Of a DNA stretch of 19,760 nucleotides, positions 1 to 11,819 are shown in pieces. The translations under genes were made by a program, and so were the position numbers. The stretch covers positions 1 to 19,760 of the forward strand of contig NW_021824247.1 in the NCBI RefSeq assembly GCF_006345805.1, in the 5' to 3' direction. This DNA is from Octopus sinensis. Its lineage: Eukaryota. Each line of letters starts with the position of its first letter. Within the stretch, counting starts at the first letter, position 1. The notes under the pieces were generated by a model. That model saw only the letters and a program-made list of their open reading frames with translations, searched no databases and had not been told where the DNA came from.

Positions 1-1452
1 AATAACAGAAATAGATGGCGTAGTAAACATAAACATACCAGAAGAAATATTAGAAGATGAAAAAAAAGAACAATTATTTATAAAATAATTAATAAGAAAC
101 AAAAAGCCCAGAAGGCTAACACAAGCAAAATAGAAAATGCTTGAAACCCATCTGGAACTACAAAGACTACGTGACCTGGTGGAACAAGTTCGCACATACT
201 GAAGAGTTAGCAAGACGTTTCTCAACGCTAACTCTTCATTCAGATGAACTTACATTAACACCAAGCTATCGGGGACAGAAAGTGACTAAGATCACTTTAA
301 ACAATGTCCCAAAAATAGCTAATAATCTATGGCTAGTAAAGGCCTTATGTGTAAAAATGAAACATTTCACTATTTTAGAAATCACGGTCACGGAGCACAA
401 AAACTGGGTGGGAAAAAAAGTAGAATTTCTACTACATATAAATCAAGAAGACATAAAAAAATACCCATCCAGATTTGTGTATCAGAAGACCACAAGTTGT
501 ATATGGTCGTCGATGGCAGAAGACCACGTTGCTACATATGCGGCAGTGAGCAACACCTAAAAAAAGACTGCAAACCTGCCGCAAGAAAACAACAGCAACA
601 ACAACAGCAGCCGGAAAAAACAAATAAACCAGGTTTACTACCCACACCACGTTTTGCACGAACAGGACTAATCACAGAAAACCAACAAAAAACAAACCTC
701 ACCAACCAAACAACCACACCAACTGCACCAAGAACAGAAGCAACATCACCAACAACAACAACCAAGAATAAACCAACTCCCAAACCAAGGACATCTGCCA
801 AAAAGACACTCAGCGAAAATGAAGAAACAATTCCCCACAAAATTGAGACCCCAAACAACACAACAATACCTACAATCACTCAAACACAAAATACCCACAC
901 CCCACCTCCAAAACCGCATACACCACAACCAAACGCTCACCAACCAACACCAACAACAAAATCAACACAGTCTACAATAGACCCCAATATTTTCCCTCTT
1001 CAAGCTCTGATTCTTCTGATTTGTCATTAGACGAAGAAGACACAGAAGATTGGCAAATAGCCACAGGGGGGAGAAGAAAAAGGGGAAAAAAAAGAAAAGA
1101 AAAGATAACAAACAAAGCAGGAAGATACACCACTCCCGAAACAAAAACATCCACAGAAAACAAACACATCAACACAAACACACCATCATCAAACCCCCCA
1201 ACAATGTTGACAGCCATAAACACAAACAACCACGACATAATGGAACACATTAGGTCAAACACCAAGATAACTGAAAACGACATAAAAACAATTAACCACC
1301 CACGCACAACACCACCACAACACATTAAAATAATACATGTAACACAGAACACATACAGCACCCTGAAATCTCTTTACCCTGATGCAGTAGGGAGATTTCA
1401 AAAGTATTCATCAAAAAAAACTATACAAAAGCCTCATAGAAGAAGACCGTGA
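1..1452 (+). pseudogene. ORF1 (gag-like nucleic-acid-binding protein), frameshifted
   Basis: Frame 3 gives ...PSYRGQKVTKITLNNVP.... A -1 shift at the A7 run (455-461) leads to IPIQICV...RRPR-CYICGSEQHLKKDC (CX2CX4HX4C, 530-571), then poly-Q and a T/P/N/K-rich linker. A second shift between 847 and 1030 leads to SSSSDSSDLSLDEEDTEDWQIATGGRRKRGKK, with stop at 1450-1452. The first 140 nt also contain stops. Confidence 0.8.
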
Positions 1453-1553
1453 GGTGAAAGACAAAGGACTTTCGAACAACGAGTAACCTTTTCTCTCTCT
1501 CTTTCCTTTTTTTGCACTTTCTTTTCGTGTGTAAAACACAATTTTATCGGAAC

Positions 1554-4500
1554 ATGCTCAGAACAGGCAGTATAAATGTACGTGGCTTGGGGTCGCCTTG
1601 GAAACAAGGCTACCTGTTAAATGACATCAAGTCACTAAATCTGAATATCATAGCCATCAGTGAGACCAGACTCCACAGCTTGCGGGCACTCCAGCACATT
1701 TTCGGTACACATTTCATCATTTATTTTTCTCCGTGTCTACCGAGAATGGGCGGAGGTGGCACCGCGGTGCTTATCCGGAAGAGTCTGGATCGCAAAGTAA
1801 GAGCAAATTTCCTAGACCCGGAGGGTAGGCTGGTCGTTTTGAATGTCGATGGCAGCAATGAGTGTGCTTTTCGACTGATAGCAGTTTATGCTCCGTCCTT
1901 AACAGGCCGACCAGATTTCTTTCGACGTCTAGAGTCTTTCATGGGAACGTTTCGTCCTTTACTTTTAGTGGGGGATTGGAATGCCACCCTGGACACGCAT
2001 CTAGACTACGTGGGCAGAGATAGCAATAGAAGGGGATGCAAATGCCTCAAAGACCTGCTCAGACGTTTCCAACTGTCTGACAGGTACCGACTGGACCACC
2101 CGAATGTGCCAATGTGGACATGGAGTAACCGCATCGGGTCGTCCAGATCATACTTAGATAGAGTATTCTGTAGGACAATAGATAAAAATAGTGTAGGTTG
2201 TCCACAATTTCATATAGTCAGTTACACAGATCACAAGTTTGTGACTTGTACACTTGACTTAGATAAGACACATAGGCAGGGTCCTGGTTACTGGAAACTG
2301 AACGCGTCTTTTACAGCACGACAGGTTTACAGGGACCGGATCAGCACATTAGTTAAGAGAGCTTTGACGGGTACCATCATCAACAACAGATGGTGGTATG
2401 CCCCAAAAAAAGCAATTAAAGCAGAATCAGTCAGATACAGTAGAGCCCTAGCATTAGACCGAAATAGAATAGAGGGAGAATTAGTTAAGGTTTTAGAAGA
2501 GGCACTTAGAACTGGCATCGCGTCCAACGTGCTGGCGGCGAGATTGGCCCTCGACCAACACCTCAACGCCAAACACGAGGGATGCGTTGTCAGAGCTAGG
2601 ATGCGTGCTCTGAGGAACGAAGGAGTTGGAGCCGCCCAAGAGGCCCGAGTGGTGGAGACGCAACGAGGCAACAGAGCCACCATCAAGTCTCTTATAGATG
2701 AACAGGGGCGCGAATTGCTCGAGCCTAAAAGGATGTGTGGGGCTTTTCAATAACACTTCACCCAACTGTTTGGGTCAAGTGGTGAGTCAGAACGCAGAGT
2801 GGACTTTAGTGCATACCTGCATGCCTTGCCACGACTCTCAGCAAGAGAGGTGGAGTCTTGTGAAAGGCCTATCACAGCTGCGGACGTACAGGATGCGATG
2901 GTAGGCTGCGCGAGAGACAAGTCACCAGGCTTGGATGGTCTGCCCTACGAACTTTATTTTCATATGCCAGACTTGTTTGGAGGCGTCTTGGCAGCTGTCT
3001 ACTGCAACTGGCAGCAAAACGGGAGTATTCCTGCTTTTGTAAAGCGATGAGCAGTGGCACTGATTAAGAAAGACCCAAACAAGGGGGACGTCATAGATAA
3101 TTTCAGGCCCATCACTCTGCTCAACGCAGATTTGAAAATTTTGGCCAAGGTGTTAGCCGAGAGTTTGGCGCTTGTCATCATGAAACTAATCGACAAGGCG
3201 CAAACATGCGCCGTGCCGGGTAGAAGTATTCATGACAACCTCCATCTGATGCGCTACATCATAGACAGGGTAGTTAAGAATCCTGGCATGGGTGGGGCGC
3301 TGATCAATTTGGATCAATCAAAAGCCTTCGATAGGGTAGACCATCACTACTTGGAGGCTGTCCTTAAAGCGGCTGGTTTCGGTCCAGTTTTCCGCGGTTG
3401 GATCGCTGCCTTATACAGCGGCATCCGCTCAGTAGTTCGCGTAAATGGTCATCTATCCAGACCTTTTAACATCATGCGTTCGGTTCATCAGGGATGCCCC
3501 CTCTCATCGCTGCTGTATGTATTGATTCTTGAGCCACTACTGCGGAAACTGGCGACGCTGAGGGGCATCCCACGAGAGCTGGGATGCGGGAGGAGCGTGT
3601 CTGCATACGCGGATGACGTCACCGTCATAGTGTCGAGCTACCAGCACATCGAGCTGGTCGGCGAGACACTAAAAGAATACGAAGCGGTAACGGGAGCAAA
3701 AATTAACCGGGAAAAGTCAGTGGCTTGCTTGCAGCTCGGCACCTGGAGAAGCAGCCCATGCCGTCCAACAGCGTCTCCATCGTGGGACGCTGGACGGACG
3801 GACCGGTTAAATTGCTCGGGGTCTGGTTCGGTCCGGACCTCCAAATGGAGAAGAACTGGGGCGAGATAACGACTAGGGTGGCTACTCTCACCCAGAAATG
3901 GGCTGAGAGAAAGCTATCCCTAAAAGGTTGGGCGGAGGTGGCGAACGCGTACATCGCATCCGTCATCGAGTATCGTCTGAGCGTCGTGCCTTGTCCCGAC
4001 CCTACCATCACCAAACTGGAACGTATACTCTTCCGCTTCTTGTGGAAGGGAAACGTTCCGATGGTTAGGCGATCCATTTGCTGTCAACACCCGCTAAATG
4101 GAGGGCTGGGCATGCCGTGGTTGATGATGCGCAGACATGCGCTGAGACTGCGACATCTCCGGCGCTTCATAGACAACGGTGGACAGGTGTGGTCGCCTTT
4201 TGTGCGGCGCGCTTTCCCGCAGCTCGTCTCCTTGGACGAACTACAGTCATGGATCAAGCAGAGACCGAGGCTAGGCGAATGGCACCGCGAGTGTCGCGTT
4301 GCTCTCAAGCAACTCTGCCGTCCGGGATCGAACTTGTGTGACTCCATCACAACAAAGGCATTCTATAGAGGATTAGTGGAGGGGAGGTGCGACGACGAAC
4401 TCGGGCAGAGTCTGGGCGTCGACGAGGAACACCTGACCCGCCTGTTCAGGACAACTTTCGGGCCGGGACCTACGAACAATCACCAAAGATCACTGGCCTG

Positions 4501-4993
4501 GCAGTGCTATCGAGAAGCATTACCTGCTCGGGATAAGCTCTACAGACACGGTTCCAGACACACTGGACCGACTTGCCCGAGATGCGGTCAGAGCGACGAA
4601 ACCGTTCTGCACGCACTCGTGCAATGTCCAACCATTTCAGACCTGTGGGCTTATGCCGAACGGCTGCTGTCACGTGTGGGACGAATTCGCCTATCGGCCG
4701 AGTTTATCGTGAGAATTGCGCCGCCCCCTTCCCTCAACCGGGAAGGCAAGGCAGTTTTCATCGTACTGGTGGCCATGGTGAAAGAATGTGTGTGGTGGAC
4801 CCGAGCGAAAGGATTAGAGACAAACACTTACCTCTCTGGCCAATCGCTCATCAACTTTTTCAAGTACCACTTGAAAAGGAAGGTGAGAATGGAGAGGGAA
4901 GTTTTGTCTCAGGAAAGATTCAAAAAAAGATGGGTGAATGTTGCAAAGATGGTGCGTGCTAGTAACGAAACCATTTTGAGCATGATCCTGTAG
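1554..4993 (+). pseudogene. ORF2 polyprotein: apurinic endonuclease + reverse transcriptase + C-terminal Zn finger; 2 nonsense mutations and 1 frameshift
   Basis: ATG at 1554. APE motifs: SINVRGL, IAISET, GDWN, SYLDRVF, YTDH. RT motifs: KSPGLDGLP, NFRPITLLNADLKILAKVLA, LDQSKAFDRV, QGCPLS, YADD (3606-3617). Zn finger CPRCGQSDETVLHALVQC near 4573. Lesions: TAA 2751-2753, TGA 3048-3050, frameshift near 3750-3755. Confidence 0.95.
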
Positions 4994-5246
4994 ATCGTAA
5001 AAAAGAACGAAAGAGAGCATTTTGATCTCATGTGGTTATTTCCTCCCTGGCTGAGGTTCCCGTGGTCTTTTCTGTAGGCTTTTCTTCCCACGGATGAACC
5101 CAATCTTGTTATATCAATGTTTTTATCATTACTTCTGTGATACACGATTTCTTTTCTTTTTTTTCTCCTCTCGATCCCTTTTGATCGCAATCTTACATTT
5201 ATTTTCTTTTTTTTCCACCCTCGAAAAGAAAAGCTCTGCATTTGTA

Positions 5247-5290
5247 TTTGTCCCCTCTGTATTCAGCCCTGTGTGGCTAATAAAAGAAAG
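5247..5290 (+). terminator. LINE 3' terminus: short hairpin (AGCC-CTGTGT-GGCT) plus AATAAA, no poly(A)
   Basis: tttgtcccctctgtattcagccctgtgtggctaataaaagaaag is followed immediately by ttatctatc. Confidence 0.7.
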
Positions 5291-5972
<682 letters not shown>

Positions 5973-6136
5973 GTGCATACATGCTTACTTATGCAAGTGA
6001 TTATCAAGATCTTCAGTGCTGCGCAGTATTTTTTACGCCGAAGATCATTCATTCATCCTTTCCTAGATGACGTTGTTTTCCTCCTGCGTTTTCGTCAACA
6101 TCCTACTAGTATCATAAACGTTTTGTTGATGCTGCT

Positions 6137-6276
6137 CGTCTACCAAATCCACTCACAAGGCTTTGGTCGGCCCGAGGCTATAGTAGAAGACACTTGCCCA
6201 AGGTGCCACGCAGTGGGAAAGAACCGGAACCATGTGGTTCGTAAGCAAGCTACTTACCAGACAGCCACTCCTACGC
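6137..6276 (-). mobile_element. tRNA-derived SINE family A, head and core only (3' part missing)
   Basis: Reverse complement gcgtaggagtggctgtctggtaagtagcttgcttacgaaccacatggttcc...gcaccttgggcaagtgtcttctactatagcctcggg...ggtagacg aligns with 11949-12090. Confidence 0.9.
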
Positions 6277-6949
6277 ATATAACTTTTCTGAATATTACGA
6301 CGATTATGATGTGGACGCACGCACACACGAACGTAAGCACATACAAAATTATGAACTCACGCACAGGCATACACATGAACACACACATACATTGTTAAGC
6401 ATTTTATGGATCACACTGTAATAACATCCATGTATTGCCCAGCTAACAATAAACTGTTCTTGTTACCTGATATCAATCATTTGCTCGGTCTCATCTTCCG
6501 TATTAAACCTTGGTTAATTGGTTAATGAAAGTATAATATTTCTGTAGAAATTCAGCGTATAACTGGAGAAGATTCCATCATAGCAAATCTGATAAATCTT
6601 GATTCCTGAAAATATTATATTCCTAGCTAAATAGAGGTCGGAAATCTATCTTACTCGATAAATAATCGTGTTTAATAAACTTACGATTAAATATTAATTT
6701 AGATTTGATTGACAATAAGTGAAGACCATGGTGGGTTGGCACAACTCGTAAAATGTTAAACTACCTTCTGGTATTTTCATATTTTTCTTTATGATCTGAT
6801 TTTGCATTTCATCGGAGTTAATTTTCCTCTTCACCACTCTGGAGTCCATATTATAAATTATCAACCAAGTATTCTAATTAATCGATTACACCTCATTACA
6901 GTTGTGCTCAACATCGCAAATGAACGTTACTTGAGATAAAAATCTGTGG

Positions 6950-7105
6950 ATTGCTAGAATTGGTTAGAATATTAGAAAATCTTTTGCAGTTTTTCGTTAT
7001 ATACTTTCACGCTCTAAACCAATTCCCACTGAAATCAACTTTGCTTTTCGTCCTCTCTTCCCTGAAATACATTATGAATCTGGAGTGGATATATTCGATT
7101 ACAGT
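6950..7105 (+). mobile_element. Highly decayed SINE family C-like remnant
   Basis: aattcccactgaaatcaactttgcttttcgtcct and ctggagtggatatattcgattac resemble the SINE-C core and its gtcgat..atcgac module. Confidence 0.4.
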
Positions 7106-8383
7106 TTTAAAATAGACAGCTTTGACCCTTTATTAAAAGTCAAAGTGACTTTATTCAGACTGCCCTTACTCAGAGTTTGGATTTGCCTTCCCTATGCTTA
7201 CATCTTTTATTCCAATGGAACTGATGCGTATGTCTGAAAGTCTCTTGAATTTTGAGAACGTATTCTGCATTTATGTAAGCTTTCGACATGATATGGTAAA
7301 ATATTACACTGTACAATAGATATGAGGGAAGAACCTATGAAAATGTTTTTATTCATATTCAGCCTTTTGACCTGGTTCAGTAGAATGAATAGAGCCTGTT
7401 CGATTGTTAGCTGTTGAAAGCAAAATTATCTGAATACACGCACTCGACCTGCTGTCTGAAAAAGAAGTAAGCAAACATCAAATAATAGAGTATTGGGTGT
7501 ATTACGTCAATTGAAGACGGAAGGAATTCATTCCTAAGTTCATGAGTCATGTGTTCTCGATCAGAGCTAACTTGGGAGCGAAACAATGAAAGCTATAAAT
7601 ATCTAAAGATATTTAAGGGGATAACGAGAAGGGGGTCTTCGTTGGACTCATGGGTAAAGCGTAGCATTAGCTGGGGCGGCGTCCTAAAATGTAGTTTTGA
7701 ACTCAACACACACAGTGGAAACTCATTCTGTATCAATGTAAACAACTAGTTTTCGTCACGCAACTATTGTCATGATACCAAAGCTTCATTAATCACCGAC
7801 TTTTTATTCAGCCACACCTGGTATTGTATCTTTAACAGTACCTATCAAAGCTGTTTGTATAACAAAGCTGATATGTCACGTACGGTGTTTAAGGCGTTAA
7901 AAAAAAACTGCTATAAGTTTCATGGTATCGTTAGTGCGAATAAAGTGAGTAACTTTTATTGTACTTCGTCACATTAAAGAGTGTAAAGTCAACCATAATT
8001 GAACGAACGAATGAATACAGGCTGTGAAATCACACACACAAAAAAGATCTTTCATTGAAAATATTATACTGAACTTGGTGTTTTGTTTCTTTATCGCCCA
8101 AACAGAGGGCGAAGGACAGTTCCCGTGACCCTTTCTCAAGGACTTCCAAGATCTGTGGGTGAAAGGAACTTATCCTCAGACCTGAAACTTGTCTCGAAAT
8201 TGTAATAATGGTTTCAGCTAAAGGCAGTCAAGGCTCATGTGGTGTTATTATACCAAAAAATTAAGGATATAAGTATAACACTTAAAACTGGAATGGTTCT
8301 ACAGATAAAATTCCTGACAATTCTCCTCTATAAAATTTCAGTCCCAATGCTTTGTTTAATCTGAGATTCTGCTGGAATACGAT

Positions 8384-8460
8384 TGGCCAAAGTGCCACGC
8401 AGTGGAATTGAACCCAAAACTATGCAGTTACGAAGTGAATTTCTTATGCCAACAGCTATG
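8384..8460 (-). mobile_element. Decayed SINE family A-like head
   Basis: Reverse complement contains gggttcaattccactgcgtggcactttggcc (B box plus core start). Confidence 0.55.
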
Positions 8461-8486
8461 AATTCATCCTGCAAAATTCTTAAAAT

Positions 8487-8706
8487 TTGTTTCAAACTTT
8501 GCACAACGTCAGCAATTTCAACGGTAGATGGGGTGTAAGTTGATCACATTGACATGAGTAATTGATTGGTGCAGTTATATTAATCCCAAAAGGAAGAAAG
8601 GCGAAGTTTACCTCGGCAGTATTTGATCTCAGAACATAAAGAGCCTGAAGAAATACTGCTATACTTTTTGTTGGATGCACCTACAATTCTGTCAGCACGC
8701 CTCCTT
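8487..8706 (-). mobile_element. Older SINE family C-like copy with a different 3' tail
   Basis: Reverse complement aaggaggcgtgctgacagaattg...gttctgagatcaaatactgccgaggtaaacttcgcctttcttcc matches the head and core of 18731-18965, but ends ...gaaattgctgacgttgtgcaaagtttgaaac. Confidence 0.7.
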
Positions 8707-9049
8707 AAAAGATCAAACAGTGAAAATAAAATTTAACAAACATTGCTTTTTGAATATAGATTTGAAAGTTATTTATCTATGAATGGGAGAAAGTGTGGAA
8801 ACCTTGTTGTTTTTTAAGTTCTGAGAGTTTGGTGGGAGAAATAAAGAATTCTATCATCTGAGGAGAGGATCTCTCGTCTAAATTCTTGTTTCCAAGAAAG
8901 CAGACCTTGTTAGAAGTAACAAATGATGTTAGAGCTATAACAGACGAAGTGTTTATATATGAAAAGCAGGTTTACAGCTTATAAAATAAACCCATGATAG
9001 AACATCTTAGAAGTCAACCAACTTACAAGTTATTGAGCAAGCAGTGTTC

Positions 9050-9143
9050 AGAGGAGAAGCCTGTTGCCTAAAGTGCCGCCACAAGGATCGAAACATGAAT
9101 CAACGTGCTTGTGAAGAGAACTTTTAACTACATGCTTACATGC
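9050..9143 (-). mobile_element. Decayed SINE family A-like head
   Basis: Reverse complement ...gtttcgatccttgtggcggcactttaggcaac...cttctc resembles the family A B box and core. Confidence 0.4.
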
Positions 9144-9147
9144 ACTG

Positions 9148-9199
<52 letters not shown>

Positions 9200-9410
9200 T
9201 GCACACACACACAGACATACACACATACATAGAGAAAGACACACACGCACACACACTCACACACACACACACAAACACATGCATACACTAATACACACAC
9301 AGACATACACACATACATAGAGAGAGGCACACACACGCACACACACACACACGCACACACACTCACACATACGCATACTCACACACCTTCACATGCACTT
9401 ACATACACAC
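9148..9410. repeat. (CA)n microsatellite with an internal imperfect duplication of about 80 bp
   Basis: The block acaaacacatgca...acagacatacacacatacatagaga starts at about 9191 and again at about 9271. Confidence 0.9.
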
Positions 9411-9499
9411 AAATATGCTAAAGGCCATCTGTAAAAGCTTCTTTCTGTTTAGTTAATTCTCGATTATTCTAGGGGGCGCTTTCCTGGCATCATACGCAC

Positions 9500-9670
9500 A
9501 GATACATGAACATACGTACATACGTGCATGCATGAATACGCACACACATACATACACATACACACACACATGCATTTATGTATGTGATGCATATATATCT
9601 GTATATATGAGTGTTTCCGTTTCTATATATACTCAGACACACATATGGTGTGTTTCTACATATACACATA
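9500..9670. repeat. Degenerate (CA)/(TA)/(CATA) low-complexity tract
   Basis: Direct reading. Confidence 0.7.
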
Positions 9671-9875
9671 GACGTAGGTATGGCGCGAAAGGTAAATTTA
9701 GTTTATGAGTCAAATGTTGCACATAAATGTCCTAACTGAACAAGCTACAGACTACAGAGAAATTCGAACTCTCGAACCTTCGTTTTGAATACCGATATTC
9801 CGTTGATGTGGTCAGCACTCTAAACTATGCGATATAATGTTGACGGCAATTATTTTGTGTAGAGGGAAACCCACT

Positions 9876-10080
9876 CACGCACGCACACAGGCACACACAC
9901 ACACACACGCACACACATACACACACACACACGCACACACATAGACACACGCAAACTCACACACATGCACTCTCGTACGCACGCATACACACAGATACAC
10001 ACACATGCAGACAGTGAGAGAGTGAGGAGATAGAGTGAGTGACGGAGACAGAAAGAGAAAGAGAGAGAGAGAGTAAGCGT
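9876..10080. repeat. (CA)n followed by (GA)n microsatellite
   Basis: Direct reading. Confidence 0.9.
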
Positions 10081-10756
10081 GAGGGGTGAGATGGAGTATG
10101 TGTGCGAAGTGGGAACGGTTAGAGAGAACCAGCCTTTAGAATTTTGGTTCTGTAAAAACAAGAATTACATTATCTGGAAATAAATGCTCCTGTGAATTTG
10201 AAACTAATTGAAACTATGCCACGCAGTAAAGTCCATGAAAGACTTGACGAAACAATTCTATGTTTATAAAAGTAAAGTAATGTTGAATTAGACTCGTAGA
10301 TATTCCGAATGATTTCCTTCCTTACACCCTAATAGCAATAACGATTCCAATTACAACACCTCTTCGTAGAAAGTTTAAATGCCGTCGCTTGAACTTCTTT
10401 ACTTGCGAAACATGCCGTACTAACTATTTATTCCTTAAACTTTTGATGTCTTACGAAGTATCACTTATTAAGGAAGGTGCTGTGCTACAATACACAGCAA
10501 TATTTATTCCCATGCTATATCACTTATAAACGAGGTTGGATCATTACAGTATACAGTAACATCAGTTAATATGATATTACTTATTAACGAAAGTGGATTA
10601 TTACAATATACGGCAGTGGTTATCAACCGGGGTCAATGTGATCCCTGTGGTTTTATATAAAGTGTATGGGAGTCTGCTCAAAGCAAATTAGTGAATTAGC
10701 GATGCGCAGTGGTATTAGCGGTTTCACGAAAAAGCTTTGCTCCAGATGTATTAATT

Positions 10757-11360
10757 ATGAAGGCACATGGCTCAGCGGTTAGAGCGTCGGGCTCACAATC
10801 ATGAGCTTGTGAGATCGATTCCAGGTCTGGGCTGTGTGATGTGCCGTGTGAAACTACCACCTGTATCATCTCTTGTGAAAGGTGGAAGAGTCCAGTTTGC
10901 TGGACATTGTTGTAGAGCTGAAAACGAGGTAATTTCTACTCTTCTCCTCTGGAAGCCATCTGCTCGCGATACCAGAGGGCGCACACTCTCCTACCCTGAT
11001 GTAATCTCCAGGGATACAGGCATCCAGCAACATGACCTCCGTAATGCTCTAATGGACCGTGAAGTCTGGCGTAACATAGTAAATTCCATTGTCTCGACCA
11101 CGGTCGAACAATGATGATGATGTGATGTGCTCTTGAGCAAGACACTTTGCTTCACGTTGCTCCAGTTCACTCAGCTGAAGAAATTAGTTGCGACGTCATT
11201 GGTGCCAAGCTGTATCGGCCCCTTTGCCTTTCTCTTGGATAACATCGGTGGCGTGGGGAGGGGCGGTTGGTATCCATGGGTGACTGCTGGTCTTCCATAA
11301 ACAACCTTTCTCGGTAGCTTTCTAGGTACAATTCTATGGTCATTGATAACCGAAGGCCGT
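10757..11360 (+). mobile_element. tRNA-derived SINE family B, older copy, interrupted by an RTE fragment
   Basis: A box TGGCTCAGCGG; body aligns with 15967-16307. Flanked by CTCCAGATGTATT(A/C)ATT at 10740-10756 and 11361-11377 (16/17 identical TSD). Confidence 0.9.
10845..11120 (+). mobile_element. 5'-truncated RTE-clade LINE, last 276 bp
   Basis: Encodes VQFAGHCCRAENEVISTLLLWKPS...GRTLSYPDVISRDTG...LRNALMDREVWRNIV, typical of RTE C-termini. (TGA)n tail. Perfect 10-bp TSD TGTGATGTGC at 10835-10844 and 11121-11130. Confidence 0.88.
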
Positions 11361-11819
11361 CTCCAGATGTATTCATTGCAAGAAACGACGAGGTTTCTTT
11401 CTGTAACGATTTACATATTTTAACATGTTCCCGGCGAATGTTTCTCTTGGAGAGTGCTATAGCAGACCTACACAAGTGGATGCGTGAAAAGGAAAAAAGA
11501 ATTTTGAAAGAACTTTATTTAGAACTAATTTTCAAACATCGAATGGCTATGGTGTGGGATCTCATCAGAATAAAATAGCAATCGAAGTACCATAAGTAAA
11601 AAATATGACAGAACCATTGATGTATAGCAAGATTTACTTTGAGGCTATCACGTATTAACGAGGATCAATCATTAAAATGTCCAGAGATATTTGTTTGTAT
11701 GATATCGCTTATTAATGAGTGAGTGTCGCGATAATATACAAAAACATTCGTTCCTCTATATCACTTATTAACAAAGCTGGCCCCCTATAATATACAACAG
11801 CGCTTGTTTTATCACGAAT

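Larger units (their letters stand above)
1..5290 (+). mobile_element. Tx1-type (L1 group) non-LTR retrotransposon, near full length, 5' end outside window, inactivated
   Basis: Two-ORF layout: ORF1 with CCHC knuckle, ~100-nt spacer, ORF2 APE-RT-ZnF, T-rich 3' UTR (4994-5290) and AATAAA at 5279-5284, then direct fusion to (TATC)n. Confidence 0.92.
10614..11619. mobile_element. Probable hAT-family (Charlie/Buster-like) MITE, ~385 bp after removing the nested SINE
   Basis: Left end CAGTGGTTATCAACC. Right end in reverse complement CAATGGTTCT (8/10 match). Flanking 8-mers ATATACGG (10606-10613) and ATGTATAG (11620-11627) differ only by 3 transitions. Excision restores the minisatellite period. 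Confidence 0.6.
10459..11815. repeat. Degenerate ~57-bp minisatellite (about 6 units), split by nested insertions
   Basis: Motif TATCACTTATTAA(C)GAG...AATATACA starts at 10459, 10518, 10575, then 11646, 11703, 11759. Removing 10614-11627 restores unit 3 to exactly 57 bp (39+18). Confidence 0.75.

Noticed and set aside
455-461. A AAA AAA as a programmed -1 frameshift site in ORF1
   Set aside because: It fits the slippery pattern, but I found no downstream stimulatory structure and the ORF has other lesions. A homopolymer deletion or sequencing error is simpler.
432-1361. Hydrophobic minus-strand ORFs (V/L/C/F-rich)
   Set aside because: Antisense shadows of the A/C-rich ORF1.
1554-4993. RT as a retron, group II intron or DGR-type system
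   Set aside because: APE endonuclease, ORF1 knuckle and AATAAA terminus identify a eukaryotic L1/Tx1-group LINE.
7197-7320. Possible minus-strand exon ending in GTAAGC (MSKAYINAEYVLKIQETF...)
   Set aside because: Short, isolated, no homology; expected by chance in AT-rich DNA.
9048-9366. ORFs of VC/HT/YI/I repeats here and at 13098-13578 and 16297-16703
   Set aside because: Microsatellite translations.
10767-11114. 115-aa ORF as a novel gene
   Set aside because: Chance in-frame fusion of a SINE head with an RTE C-terminal fragment.
10459-11815. Conserved repeat plus variable spacer pattern resembling CRISPR
   Set aside because: Repeats are degenerate, the spacers are themselves homologous, there are no cas genes, and the context is eukaryotic.
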